From: Phoronis australis
Lineage: Eukaryota; Animalia; Phoronida
Direction: 5' to 3'
Length of the DNA stretch: 64,000 bases
NCBI GenBank assembly: GCA_002633005.1
Contig: NMRA01000035.1
Span: 719,260-783,259, forward strand
The position numbers and the translations under genes were made by a program. The notes below the pieces were generated by a model. The model made no database searches, was not told where the DNA came from, and saw only the letters and a list, made by a program, of their open reading frames with translations. This document shows, piece after piece, positions 52,817-64,000 of this stretch (its first letter is position 1; each line of letters starts with the position of its first letter).

Positions 52817-55718
52817 ACAAACCTAAGAGCGAAACAAAAATGAACCGAAAACACGTAAAAATAAATGAACCAATAAAACACGAGTTAAGGACAAAAAACT
52901 TCCAAATGGTATAAATCAAACGAAACTATGAAAAATTCATGGACCAATATAATGGGAAACTTTAATGAATGCGTAAAATATCACAAGGCCTTTAGGGTGT
53001 GACGAAGCAAAATGAATTTGTAAAATGAGAAGGTGACACATAAAGACATCTGTGTGCTGGTATAAACAAATTGAAAAAGGCATGAACCCGTAAAGTGTTA
53101 CATCTAAACACACTGGTTGAGTGTGATGAATAAAATGGGGGAAATAATTGAATAATTGATAGGACTAAATGAAGCCGTTGAGTGCGATGAAAGAAAGTGT
53201 GAAAAATAAACGAATAGAGGAAAGACGCCAAATATGTAAAGTGGACTGTTGCACTTTACCATTAATCTGGGGAATTTTTCTGTCAAAATCCCATTTTGAG
53301 GATATGAAGGCAAAGAAAATGGGCTCATGACAATTGTCTAAATGCAGCGGTTAATGAATTTGTAACACATGATGAATTAAGGGTGAAATAGTTTGAAACT
53401 AGACATAAAATGCTACGAGTAATTGAAACCATTGAGTGTGAAGCTAAATGCGAAAAATAAATAAAGTAAAAAATGTGAAAATGAAAAATTAATGGACTAA
53501 TGGAATGGGAGTCTTTAATTAATGTGTAAAATGTCACAAACCTTATACGGTATGACGGAGCAAACTGAATGCGAGGTATGATTAATTGGAACTGTTCAGT
53601 GTGACGAAGCTAAATGCGAAAAATAAAAGAACTCAATATGAAAATTAATAAACCAAAAAAAAACAAGTTAATGACATAAACCTGCAAAATAGTTTAAAAT
53701 ATGAAAAATTAATGGACTAATGGAAGGAGAGACTTCTATGGATGCAAAAAATGTCACGCACCCTATAGGTTGTGACAAAGCAAAATGAACCTGTAAAATG
53801 CGAGAAAAGCATGAACCTCTAAAAATAAAAATGAAACAACAAAATAAGAATGAACACACAAAGAAATAAACTGGCAGAGAGATGAAATAATGATGAACAA
53901 GCAAAATGAGTGTGACATCTTTCTGTTGCTACAAAGCAGTGACGCCAAATAAATGGCATCATGATGTGAAAAAATGGTGAAATAGTGCATAACTAATGAA
54001 TCCAAAAATGAAGTCCATATCAGTGTGACGAATCTATATGCGAAACATAAATTTGACATATGAAAATTAGTAAACGAATAAAAGTTCATGGCAAAAACTA
54101 AATGCACAGTAATACAGATCCGACGAAACCATGAAATGTGAAAAATTAATAAAATGATGAAATCTGAGACCATGATGGTATTCTGTCATTCAGCAACTTT
54201 TCCAGACACGAGGGGTTCTGAGCGTGCAATATCATCTAGCTCCTTTGTTCACTGCCCAGCACAGTCCTTTGTCCCACACAACAACAAGCAGGCCAATTAT
54301 CTCCCCGGGATTCAAAGGGTTACTGAAACCTGGAAGAATAGATTGTCTTAACTTCTGTTTTGGTTGGGCGATTTTGGTGATTCAAAAACTAAACATGATC
54401 AGCATTTGACAAGGAATTCAGAAAAGATATTTGTTTATGTCCAAATATGTTATAACTTAACTTTCATTTTTAGCAGCACAGCCCAGTCAGACTAATTAGA
54501 GCAATTATCGAACAAAAGACAGCCAGCCCTCCAACCATCAATGCCAGAGTGGAGTTAATCAATCGTGTAAGATATTGGCTACAGGAGTGGTCTTCCCAAC
54601 TTGTTGGGCTATAGAATTGAACAAGTTGGGAGCAACGGGAAAACGCCATAATGCTTTAATGAATGGCTAAAATGCCAAGAACAAACAAAATCTCCTCGCA
54701 AAAACTAATGAAACTGCAAAATGTGACCGAAATAATAAGTGAACCCCATATTATGTGAAAATTAATAAATGAATAAAGGACAAGTTAATGGCAAAAACTA
54801 GTAGTAAAAATCAAACGAAACTATAAAATATGAAAAAATAATGGTGATATAATGCGTGACATTAATGATTGGTTAAAATGTCACAAACAAAAGCCCTATA
54901 AGGTATGAGGGAACAAAATGAAGCTGTAAAATGTGATAAGTGAACCATAAATATATCCCCTTCTGCTAGCAGACACCAGGTAATATCAGAAAAGTGTCAA
55001 TTAACCTGTATTATGTGTCAAATTAATGAACCCGCCAAATGCAATGAGTGAGTGAATCCCTTAAATTATTTAAAGAACCTGTTAAAATGTGAAAAAGTTG
55101 TATAGTGCAGTGGGACAATTGAATAGATCAGTGAAATGGTTTGGAGAGCATTAATGGTACGATATTTCCCAAATTAAAAATGTCCCCTAAAAATATCACA
55201 GTCATTAAGCTGGTGTAGCATAATGACAGAATGTTAAAATGCGAGGAAGCAAAATGCTAAATATCAGTAAACCTAAAAACTGCAGTAAACAGTGAACCCA
55301 TGAAATACGAGTTAATAAAAAGTAATATGTCGTACTCGTTCAAGAAACATCACAAAAACTAAAAGTTAATGGAGATCATGTGTTAATTCTCAAAATTGAA
55401 TGAGCCCATAAAAAGACTAAATGCAGTATCTCGAAGGGGTGACTTGACTTGTGTACACCAATTGTTATCAGAATGTTTGGAAATTTGAATGGTAAAATGC
55501 ATCATATATTGAAGAAATAGTGCATCAAATTAATGGAGTCCCATGAAGTATAGCAATAATATCTGACTAAATGATGTATCTCCAAGGAGTTATTGTGTTC
55601 TGGAGTGAACAAATTCATGAAAAGTAATGAATTAATACAGCTGAAATATGTTAAACAGAAGGGAAACATACAAAGGCTTAGAAAATTTATATCAAAGATG
55701 TAAAGATTTGCTAAACAA

Positions 55719-56027
55719 GTGAAAAAGGAAAGTAGGGATGGTGAATGAGCAGGAGACAACAAATTCTATAGCTGGCTGACTTTGAATTCAGCCCAAGGGA
55801 ACATGTTTATCAAACAGATTTCTTCACAACTACAGTATTCTTAAAAGTAACTTTGGTACCCAGCTCTTGCTAAATCTAAAGTTCATTCACCATCCTGAGG
55901 CAAAGGGCAATGCAGCATTTTTTTCTTTTCTAATACTCATTATTCTCTGCAGGGAGAATTGACCTGCTAACATTTACTTGGGTTTACATTTATTTTATGC
56001 TGCACCAAGTGGTGGTTCCTTTTTCAC
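55719..56027 (+). ncRNA. Putative structured RNA module, copy 1
   Basis: Nested helices gtgaaaaaggaa/ttcctttttcac, ggatggtgaatgag/ttcattcaccatcc, agctgg/ccagct, ggctga/tcagcc and tgcagcat/atgctgca. Confidence 0.6.
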
Positions 56028-57826
56028 AAATAAACTGATAAAATGATAATGAGCACTCAATATTTTACAAAAGGTACTCAGTGAAAACTCAATTGGTATC
56101 AAGCAACTAGTAAAGTATAATTGACAGTGAGCCCAATAACAGGTCACGTGCGATGAACTATAAATTCTCTAAAAGGTAATCAATTGATGAATTACCAGGG
56201 TGCTAATTAATTAACCAGCCAAAATAAAAATGGACAAACAAAATAAGAATGAACACACAAAGAAGTAAATTGATCGAGATTATGAAATAATGATGAACAA
56301 GCAAAATGAGCGTGACATCTTTCTGTTGCTACAAAGCAGTGACGCCAAATAAATGGCATCATGATGAGAAAATATTGTGAAATAGTGCGTAACTAATGAA
56401 TCCAAAAATGAAGTGCATGTCAGTGTGACGAAGTTCATGGCAAAAACTTCATGTACATTAGAATAGATCAGACGAAACCATAAAATGTGAAAAATTATAA
56501 AATGATGAAATGCAACAAACAAACAAAATCTCGTCACAAAAACTAATGAAACTGCACAATGTGACCGAACTAATAAATGTGAAAATTAACCAAACGAAAC
56601 TATAAAATGTGAAAAATTAATAAGGTGATGTAATGTGTGACATTAACGAATGGGTAAAATATTACAAAAAACAAAATCCTCTATAGCGTTTCAGGGAACA
56701 AAATGAAGCTGTAAAATGTGATAAGTGAACCATAAAAATATCCCCTTCTGCTGGCAGAAACCAGTTTATATCAGAAAAGTGTCAATTTACCTGTGTAATG
56801 TGCCAAATTAATGAACCCGCCAAATGCAGTGAGTGGGTGAATCCCTTAAATCATTTAAAGAACCTGTTAAATTGTTAAAAAGTTATATAGTGCAGTGTGA
56901 CAATTGAATGTATCAGTGGTTTGGAGAACATTAATGGTACGATGTTTCCCCGAATTAAAATCTTCTAAAAATAGTCAATAAGCTGCTGTAGCATAATGAC
57001 AGAACGTATACAGTGTGAGGAAGCAAAATGCTTAATATCAGTGAACCTAAAAACTGCAATAAACAATCATATGGTACTTGTTCAAGAACCAAATACCAAA
57101 GGTTAATGGAGATCATGTGTAAATTCTGAAAGGTGAATGAGCCCATAAAAAAAACAAATCCAGCCAAAGATATCATGTAGCCTTAGCATCTCAAAGGGGT
57201 GACTTGACTTGTGTACACCAATGGTTATCAGAATGTATGGAAATTTGAGTGGTAAAATGCATCATATATTGAAGAAAAAGTACATCAAATTAACGGAGTC
57301 CTGTGAAGTACAGCAATAATATTTGACAAAATTATGTATCTCCAAAATATCATGAATCAACAGTAAATCCGGTATAGTATAACGGTAGAACCTATAAAAT
57401 CAACAAAAGCGTTGAGTTCAATGAAGTAAAGTGCTATAAATGAATTCATAAAATGTGAAAACCAAAAATCCCATGAAGTATGAGTTAATGTCATGGTAAA
57501 ATGCTATAAATAAACGAACCTACAAAATGCGAAAATCAAAGGTCCAATGAAGTATCACGAATTAATATCAGGGTTATCAAAGTCCTACAGTGCTGTTAGT
57601 CAATCGTGTCCCGCCAATGCAAGAGGTTAATGGAAATAATATTAGGGACAACTGACTGAACCCATCAAATGTCAGGAGTTATGGAATTCTAGAGTGAACA
57701 AATTCGTGAAAAGTAATGAATTAATACAGCTGGAATATGTTAAACAGAAACGAAATGTACAAAGGGTTATAAACTAGAAATGAAAAATGTATTAAATAAA
57801 CGGCGTTGCAAACATTTCTTAAACAA

Positions 57827-58139
57827 GTGAAAAAGGAAGGTAGGGATGGTGAATGAGCAGGAGACAAACGACAAATTCTATAACTGGCTGACTTTGAATT
57901 CAGCCCAAGGCAACATGTTTATCAAACAGATTTCTTCACAACTACAGTATTCTTAAAAGTATCTTCTGTACCCAGTTCTTGATAAATCTGAAGTTCATTC
58001 ACCATCCTGAGGCAAAGGGCAATGCAGCATTTTTTTCTATTCTAATGCTCATTATTCTCTGCAGGGAGAAGTGACCTGCTAACATTTATTTGGGTTTACA
58101 ATTATTTTATGCTGTACCAAGTGGTGGTTCCTTTTTCAC
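57827..58139 (+). ncRNA. Putative structured RNA module, copy 2
   Basis: Same helices as copy 1, with compensatory aactgg/ccagtt. Confidence 0.6.
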
Positions 58140-58320
58140 AACTTCTAAAATTATGGAATTCATTGTTATCACTGACAATTAACTTGTGTCTCCGATAGCG
58201 GATTTGCAGCGATGCCATATTGAAATTAGGTTAAAATGGTGCATTGTGGGTGCTGTGATCAGGATTCCGAAAGCGGCCATAGTAACAAGCATAATACGCG
58301 GTACGAGTGCGAAGAAAACT

Positions 58321-59292
58321 CACGGCGGATACACTTGTTGTGTTCCAGGCTGCTTCAAAAACAGCAAGAGAGATAAAAATCTGAGTTTTTATGTGTTCCC
58401 TGCAAACCAAGAACTTCGTGAAAAATGGATAAACAACATTAGGAGAGCTGGGAGTAAGGGGAGATTTAGCGCATTCAAACCAATGCGGGGCCATCTAGTA
58501 GGCAACACATAGCCCCTTGGTTGGCCATATAGGGGCTATAATACTTCCATTCGCTTTCTGTACTCATTTCATTACTTCAGTGTATTTTAAATGGGCCGTG
58601 CCCGGATTTGGTTTACCGATTTTGAGTTTTCACCTCACCTCGTCAAAAATGCATTCTACACTTAAAACTATCATTTAAAAAAACGCTTACTTTCATCATT
58701 GGTCCTTTCTACTTCTATGAATATCTTTAATGAAGCTTAGTTGGGAGACTTAAGTTGACTTTGGCGAAGAATTACAACTCCACTTTTTTGGTTGCCGTTA
58801 ATTTTATCATCGCGTGCGCGATAACCACAAAGCATGTCAACTGAATCACGTGAGTTAGGCAAAGGTTAGTGCGAGACTGAGCGACGCGCATGACGCTAGC
58901 GCGCGACACTCGGGTGAAACTTGTAAGATGTGTGTCCCTTCGACTTTTTATTCGTCAACATGCGTAATTTCACGAAACTTCCTCAAAATGGCACCCGGCA
59001 ACTCGAGCAAACCGTGACAGATTTTCATCGATTTGTTCCAAGTTTTGCTGACTAAATTGTATCCAGAGTCGTGGTTAGTGTTAATTATAACTCCGTGTTC
59101 CTATATGTATGGTTCATTTGATTTTATTTGCTGTATTTTGAAATGAGTAACTTTTTGTGAGGATGTACTATCGCCCCTGACTGCCTGCGGCATCCAGTGT
59201 GATGTAATTGCTTAAGGGCCATCGTACGTGTTTGCAGCGAACAGTTTCCTGGTGGAAAAAAGACGTATGAGAACAACATTTCGACGGATTTC
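58321..59292 (+). pseudogene. Disrupted THAP zinc-finger coding relic (transposon-derived)
   Basis: YTCCVPGC...LSFYVFP...REKWINNIRR...GH, then a 720-bp insertion, then RVCSEQFPGGKKTYENN. Frameshift at the junction and His->Gln at the C2CH position. Confidence 0.85.
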
Positions 59293-61696
59293 ATAGGTGA
59301 ATTTAAGGNGGCCCCCCCCCCCCCCCCTTGGCTACCACAAAAAGATAAAACCGAGCAAGAGCGTAGGGAAATGTTGAGTTTATTAATTAACCCCGGTAAT
59401 TAAAATTATACGGATGAAACAAGATTTAAATGTATGCAGTTATGCAGTTTTAGTGTTTGGTGGGGGGCTCAGATCCAATTTCAAGTGTTAAATTCGGAAC
59501 ACAGCGCATTCGTAACGGAACTATGGCTAAGTATGGGCTCTCCCGCGATATCCAAGGCAACCGGCAGTGGCGCTGCGCACTACGACTCCGTTTCTGTCAT
59601 CTGCTCCACTGTGCAATGAAGAAAATTTACTTCATTTTTTAAAGAAAATGGAACCTGAGTGACGATGAAAAAACAGAAGCTGCTGGTAAGATGTGAATTT
59701 TAATCGAAGCCTGAGTGAATCACTCAGAAACTCATAATTCTCTCTTTCTCAAACCTTAACTTAAGACGGTTTCCAAAGCAATCCCGTCATAATTGCCAAC
59801 ACGAAAAACGGATTTGGTCTTTTGGGCATTTGAAGACTATTTTAAATACAACAAATTTGTTAAGAACCGATTGCACAAAATTTAAAACGTGTAATAAGCA
59901 TTACAAAAAGAAGTAGGTTTCGCATGCAAACGCTGTGGACAATAAACAAGGTCTCTTATCATGAATTTAGTAGCTAAGCCGTGGTGGTGTAGTGGTAAAG
60001 CACGCGCGCTCTAGTTTTTCCTGTTTGACACGTTCTCTGTTTTTTTTGCCTTTTTTCTTGGATAATACTTCAGTGTGCTATGCGCATCTACAATCGTGGT
60101 TTGCGCAAATGCTTACAGCGGGACAAAATGTTGGGCCCCCCCTTGTGATATCCTAGATCCGCCACTGGATTTTCCTCTTAAAATTAATGTCTCTAGCATG
60201 TCCACGGCGAAAGCTACAAAAGTTAAGCAACCAAAGAANNNNNNNNNNNNNNNNNNNNNNNNNNNNNNNNNNNNNNNNNNNNNNNNNNNNNNNNNNNNNN
60301 NNNNNNNNNNNNNNNNNNNNNNNNNNNNNNNNNNNNNNNNNNNNNNNNNNNNNNNNNNNNNNNNNNNNNNNNNNNNNNNNNNNNNNNNNNNNNNNNNNNN
60401 NNNNNNNNNNNNNNNNNNNNNNNNNNNNNNNNNNNNNNNNNNNNNNNNNNNNNNNNNNNNNNNNNNNNNNNNNNNNNNNNNNNNNNNNNNNNNNNNNNNN
60501 NNNNNNNNNNNNNNNNNNNNNNNNNNNNNNNNNNNNNNNNNNNNNNNNNNNNNNNNNNNNNNNNNNNNNNNNNNNNNNNNNNNNNNNNNNNNNNNNNNNN
60601 NNNNNNNNNNNNNNNNNNNNNNNNNNNNNNNNNNNNNNNNNNNNNNNNAAGCAAAAGCACCATATCCATGAAATATGACAAAACGTGGAGGTAACCAAAG
60701 TCCCAATGTGGCACTAGTTCAAGAGATCATGTTGTCAGGGCAACACAAAGACTCGATTTGATTTGTGTACACCATAGATTATCAGAAAGCTCTTAACAGC
60801 CCCAAAGAATGTAGGAATATTTCAATGGTAGAATGCATCATGTATTGAAGAAAATGCATCACATTATATTGGAGCCCTGTGCAATTAAATGAGTCATGAA
60901 ATAAACAGAGAAATAAAGAAGCTGTAAAATTTAAGAAAGTAATGAACTCCTGGAACCTTGCGAATTAAAAAATGCATAATTCGTAGCCTGTCATGGATAG
61001 AGAAACATTTCAAGTGGTAAAGAACCCATGATATGCAAGAAATCAGTGGGGTCTTGAAGTACTGCCAAGTCAATGAAATTGTGAAATTTGTTTAAATCAA
61101 TGAATCTTCAAAATGTGTTGAATGAACAAATCCATCAGCAGGTAATAAAAAATCCAGGTGTAGAAGGCAACTTCAAGGGAATGTATTTATTTATTTGTTA
61201 AAGTAATTGGAAGCTGAAAATGTTATACTGGAGTCATGAAATGTGAATTAAACCACGTAAAGGTGAGAAATTATTGGTTCTGTGTAAAGCATCTTATTCA
61301 TGCAATAGAACAAATTAAAGGAAGGTGCAATAATATGTGACGAAATAATGAATCAAAAGCTATCACAAATTAATAATGAAATTATTATAGAGTGATTATA
61401 GAGCCTGCAAAATAAACAAAGGCATTAATTACAAGCAAGCAAAATGCTAAAAATAAATGTATCATGAGTTAATGTGAGGGTAATCAAAGTCCTAGTGTTG
61501 GATTTCGGAGGTAATAGGGACTACTGATTGAACCGATCAAATGCATTATAATTATTGAATTCTAAAAATTTCTGGAATGAACCAGCTCATGAGAAGTAAT
61601 GAATTAATACAGCTAGAATATGTTATATAGCAAGGAAATTAAAATCGAAAGAGTATTAAATAAACAGAGATATGACGATTTTTTTTTGTTTAACAA

Positions 61697-61966
61697 GTGA
61701 AAAAGGAAGGTAGGGATGGTGAATGAGCAGGGGACAACGAACTGAATAGCTGGCTGAATTTAAATTCAGCCCAAGGCAACATGGTTAGCAAAACCTTAAC
61801 CTTCTTTAATGTAACTGATGGTCCCAGCTTTGGCTAAAACTAAGACTCATTCACCATCCTGAGGCATAAGGGCAATGGAGCATTTTTTTCTTTTTCAATG
61901 TTCATTATTCAGCATTTAGCTGGGTTTATGATTTTTTGCTGCATCTAGTGGTGGTTCCTTTTTCAC
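61697..61966 (+). ncRNA. Putative structured RNA module, copy 3 (diverged)
   Basis: Helices retained while loops are shortened or diverged. Confidence 0.6.
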
Positions 61967-61972
61967 AACTTG

Positions 61973-62164
61973 CAAAATTATGGAATTCAATGCTATCACT
62001 GAACAATTAGTGCTGTGTATCCAATATGTGAGGAAAGCATCTTGTGTTTCTTCATTGAATGGTGCCAAACACCAAAATTATGGAATTCACTGCTATCACT
62101 GAACAATTAGTGCTGTGTATCCAATATGTGAGGAAAGCAACTTGTGTTTCTTCATTGAATGGTG
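61973..62164 (+). repeat. Two-copy 100-bp direct repeat
   Basis: caaaattatggaattca...cattgaatggtg at 61973 and 62073. Confidence 0.9.
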
Positions 62165-62884
62165 GCAAAAACCATCATATAACACGCTGAAATAACAAAA
62201 TGGGTGTCTTGATTTGTGTACACCTTTGCTTATCAGATTAATCTTATTACCCCCACAAGAATGGAGTAATGTATGATGGAGTGAACTAGACTGCCCTGAA
62301 TGGATGGAACAATAAAATGAGTCTGTAGAAGAAATTTGACTGATTGATTATCTGTTTTGGATACTTCAAGAAAGCCCCCTTACAAAAGACCATGTGAAAA
62401 ATCAGAAATGTGATAAATGGAGAGTGAGGATTGTTTGAAATTTGAAGAGAGAATAGTGAATAAACTGAATAACAAGCTAGATGATGATAATGTCTTATCA
62501 AGTGATTATGTTGCCTGAGCAAAAGGGCAACTTGATTTAACAACCCCACCAAAGAATGTATGGAAAAGTGAATGGTAGAATCCATCATAGATTAATTAAA
62601 GAAAACTGTATGACATTAATGGGACACTTGAAGGAGTCTGTAGATTGTCACGATATAACTGGAGTTGGTAAAAGAAAAAAGGCAAAAAAGCGTGAAAACA
62701 AAAACATGCTAGCAAAGGAAAACAGGCGGGAAAACGGGGAAAAGACTAGGAAACTAAAAAAGGCTGGAAATCTGAAAAAAGTGGAAATATGAAAAAGGAA
62801 GGAAACTAAAATGCGAGAAACATAAAATGGCAGAAATATTGAGTATCCATTTTGGTTTGTACGATAACATTTTGTAAATTTTTG

Positions 62885-63580
62885 TTTTTCTGCCTTTTAT
62901 TCTTTTCCCGCTTTCTTTTTCCCGCCTTTTATTCTTTTCCCGCCTTTTATTCTTTTCCCGCCTTTTTTCTTATCCCGCCTTTTTTCTTATCCCGCCTTCT
63001 TTATTCTTTTCCCGCCTTTCTCTACTTTTTCCCACCTTCTTTCTTTTTCCCGCTTTTTTTCATTTTCCCACCTTTTTTTACTTTTTCCAGCCTTTTTCCT
63101 ATCCCGCCTTTTTATTCTTCCCATCTTTTACTTTTTCCCGCCTTCTGTTTTTCCCTGCATTTTTTCTTTTTCCCGCCTTTTATTTTTTTCCCACCTTTTA
63201 TTCTTTTCCTACCAAACTTTTTTACTTTTTCTGGCCTGTTTTTGATTCTTCCCATCCTTTTTTGTTTTCCTGCCTCTGATTGGTGGATTCAATGGAGGCC
63301 TCTGATTGGTCAGTTCAATGGAGGCTTCTGATTGGTCGGTTGAAAGGAAGGCTGTGATTGGTCGGTTTATTGGAGACTTCGTCGGTTTTTCCCACCTTTT
63401 TTCCCCGCTTTTTTCATTTTCCCATCTTTTTTGCTTTTTCCAGCCTTATTCCTATCCCGCCTTTTTTATCCTTCCCATCTTTTATTTTTTCCCGCCTTCT
63501 GTTTTTCCCTGCATTTTTTCTTTTCCCTGCCTTTTATTCTTTTCCCGCCTTTTTCCCGCCTTTTATTTTTCCCCCCTTTT
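62885..63580 (+). repeat. Degenerate pyrimidine-rich minisatellite (ttttcccgcc core, ~18-bp period)
   Basis: Repeated ttttcccgcc/ttttcccacc; an inverted patch of the same motif lies at ~62670-62830. Confidence 0.9.
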
Positions 63581-63587
63581 ATTTAAT

Positions 63588-64000
63588 GGAGACCTCTGAT
63601 TGGTCGGTTCAATGGAGGCTTCTGATTGGTCGGTTTATTGGAGGCTTCTGATAGGTCAGTTGAAAGGAAGGCTGTGATTGGTCGGTTTAATGGAAGCCTC
63701 TGATTGGTCGGTTGAAAGGAGGGCTCTGATTGGTCAAATGAATGGAGGCTTCTGATTGGTCTGTTGAAAGGAAGCCTCTGATTGGTCGGTTCAATGGAGG
63801 CTTCTGATTGGTCGGTTTATTGGAGGCTTCTGATTGGTCAAATGAATGGAGGCTTCTGATTGGTCGGTTGAAAGGAAGGCTGTGATTGGTCGGTTTAATG
63901 GAGGCTTCTGATTGGTCAATTGAATGGAGGCCTCTGATTGGTCAGTTCAATGGAAGCTTCTGATTGGTCGGTTGAAAGGAAGGCTCTGATTGGTCGGTTT
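63588..64000 (+). repeat. 26-bp minisatellite (gaggcttctgattggtcggttcaatg-like), ~16 units, continuing past the window; 4 more units at 63270-63375
   Basis: tgattgg recurs every 26 bp. Confidence 0.95.

Larger units (their letters stand above)
53820..58140 (+). repeat. Diverged ~2-kb tandem duplication (53820-56030 / 56221-58140); more distant partial copy at ~60750-61970
   Basis: Shared blocks include tgacatctttctgttgctacaaagcagtgacgcc, ggggtgacttgacttgtgtacacc and agtaatgaattaatacagct. Confidence 0.88.

Noticed and set aside
55770-55870. Telomerase pseudoknot (GCTGACTTT) or HDV-ribozyme words (atggtcccagc in copy 3, ggcaaca in copies 2-3)
   Set aside because: No telomeric template; the HDV-like words are in the wrong order and are not conserved across all copies.
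55736-55925. 7SK RNA (GGATG.../...CATCC-TGAGGC and a T-run)
   Set aside because: No GATC/GATC HEXIM-binding stem and no convincing 3' hairpin; the helices extend beyond the T-run.
62852-63651. Phe/Pro-rich ORFs
   Set aside because: Artefacts of the ttttcccgcc minisatellite.

Overview
Eukaryotic, AT-rich, intron-rich animal genomic DNA. Gene structure and repeats suggest a marine invertebrate, possibly a lophotrochozoan (inference). It is a draft scaffold with two N gaps and several single-N joins. Three spliced housekeeping genes can be rebuilt exon by exon. (1) An annexin A7/A11-type gene (minus strand, ATG at 14979, running off the left edge) with a ~225-aa Gly/Pro/Tyr/Gln low-complexity N-terminus. 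(2) Ribosomal protein RPS24/eS24 (plus strand, 20500-29926) with a 5'TOP start, a tandemly duplicated exon 2 and a candidate intronic box C/D snoRNA. (3) COX18 (minus strand, 38670-31836), with one exon probably lost in a gap. Introns and intergenic DNA hold many MITEs (hAT-, Harbinger- and Tc2/pogo-like, and one carrying a tRNA-like module), a LINE RT relic and a disrupted THAP-domain relic. Several near-identical tandem duplications at single-N joins are probably uncollapsed haplotypes. The most unusual part is 51.5-64 kb, an ORF-free, strongly A-skewed modular domain that starts near a CCAAT-CCAAT-TATA cassette. It contains three copies of a ~270-310 nt multi-helix element showing a compensatory base-pair change, plus-strand G-U pairs and an ENE-like U-rich internal loop. 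It ends in adjacent minisatellites built of E2F-like and NF-Y/CCAAT motifs. I propose this element as an undescribed structured-RNA module. All analysis was by eye; no searches were run.
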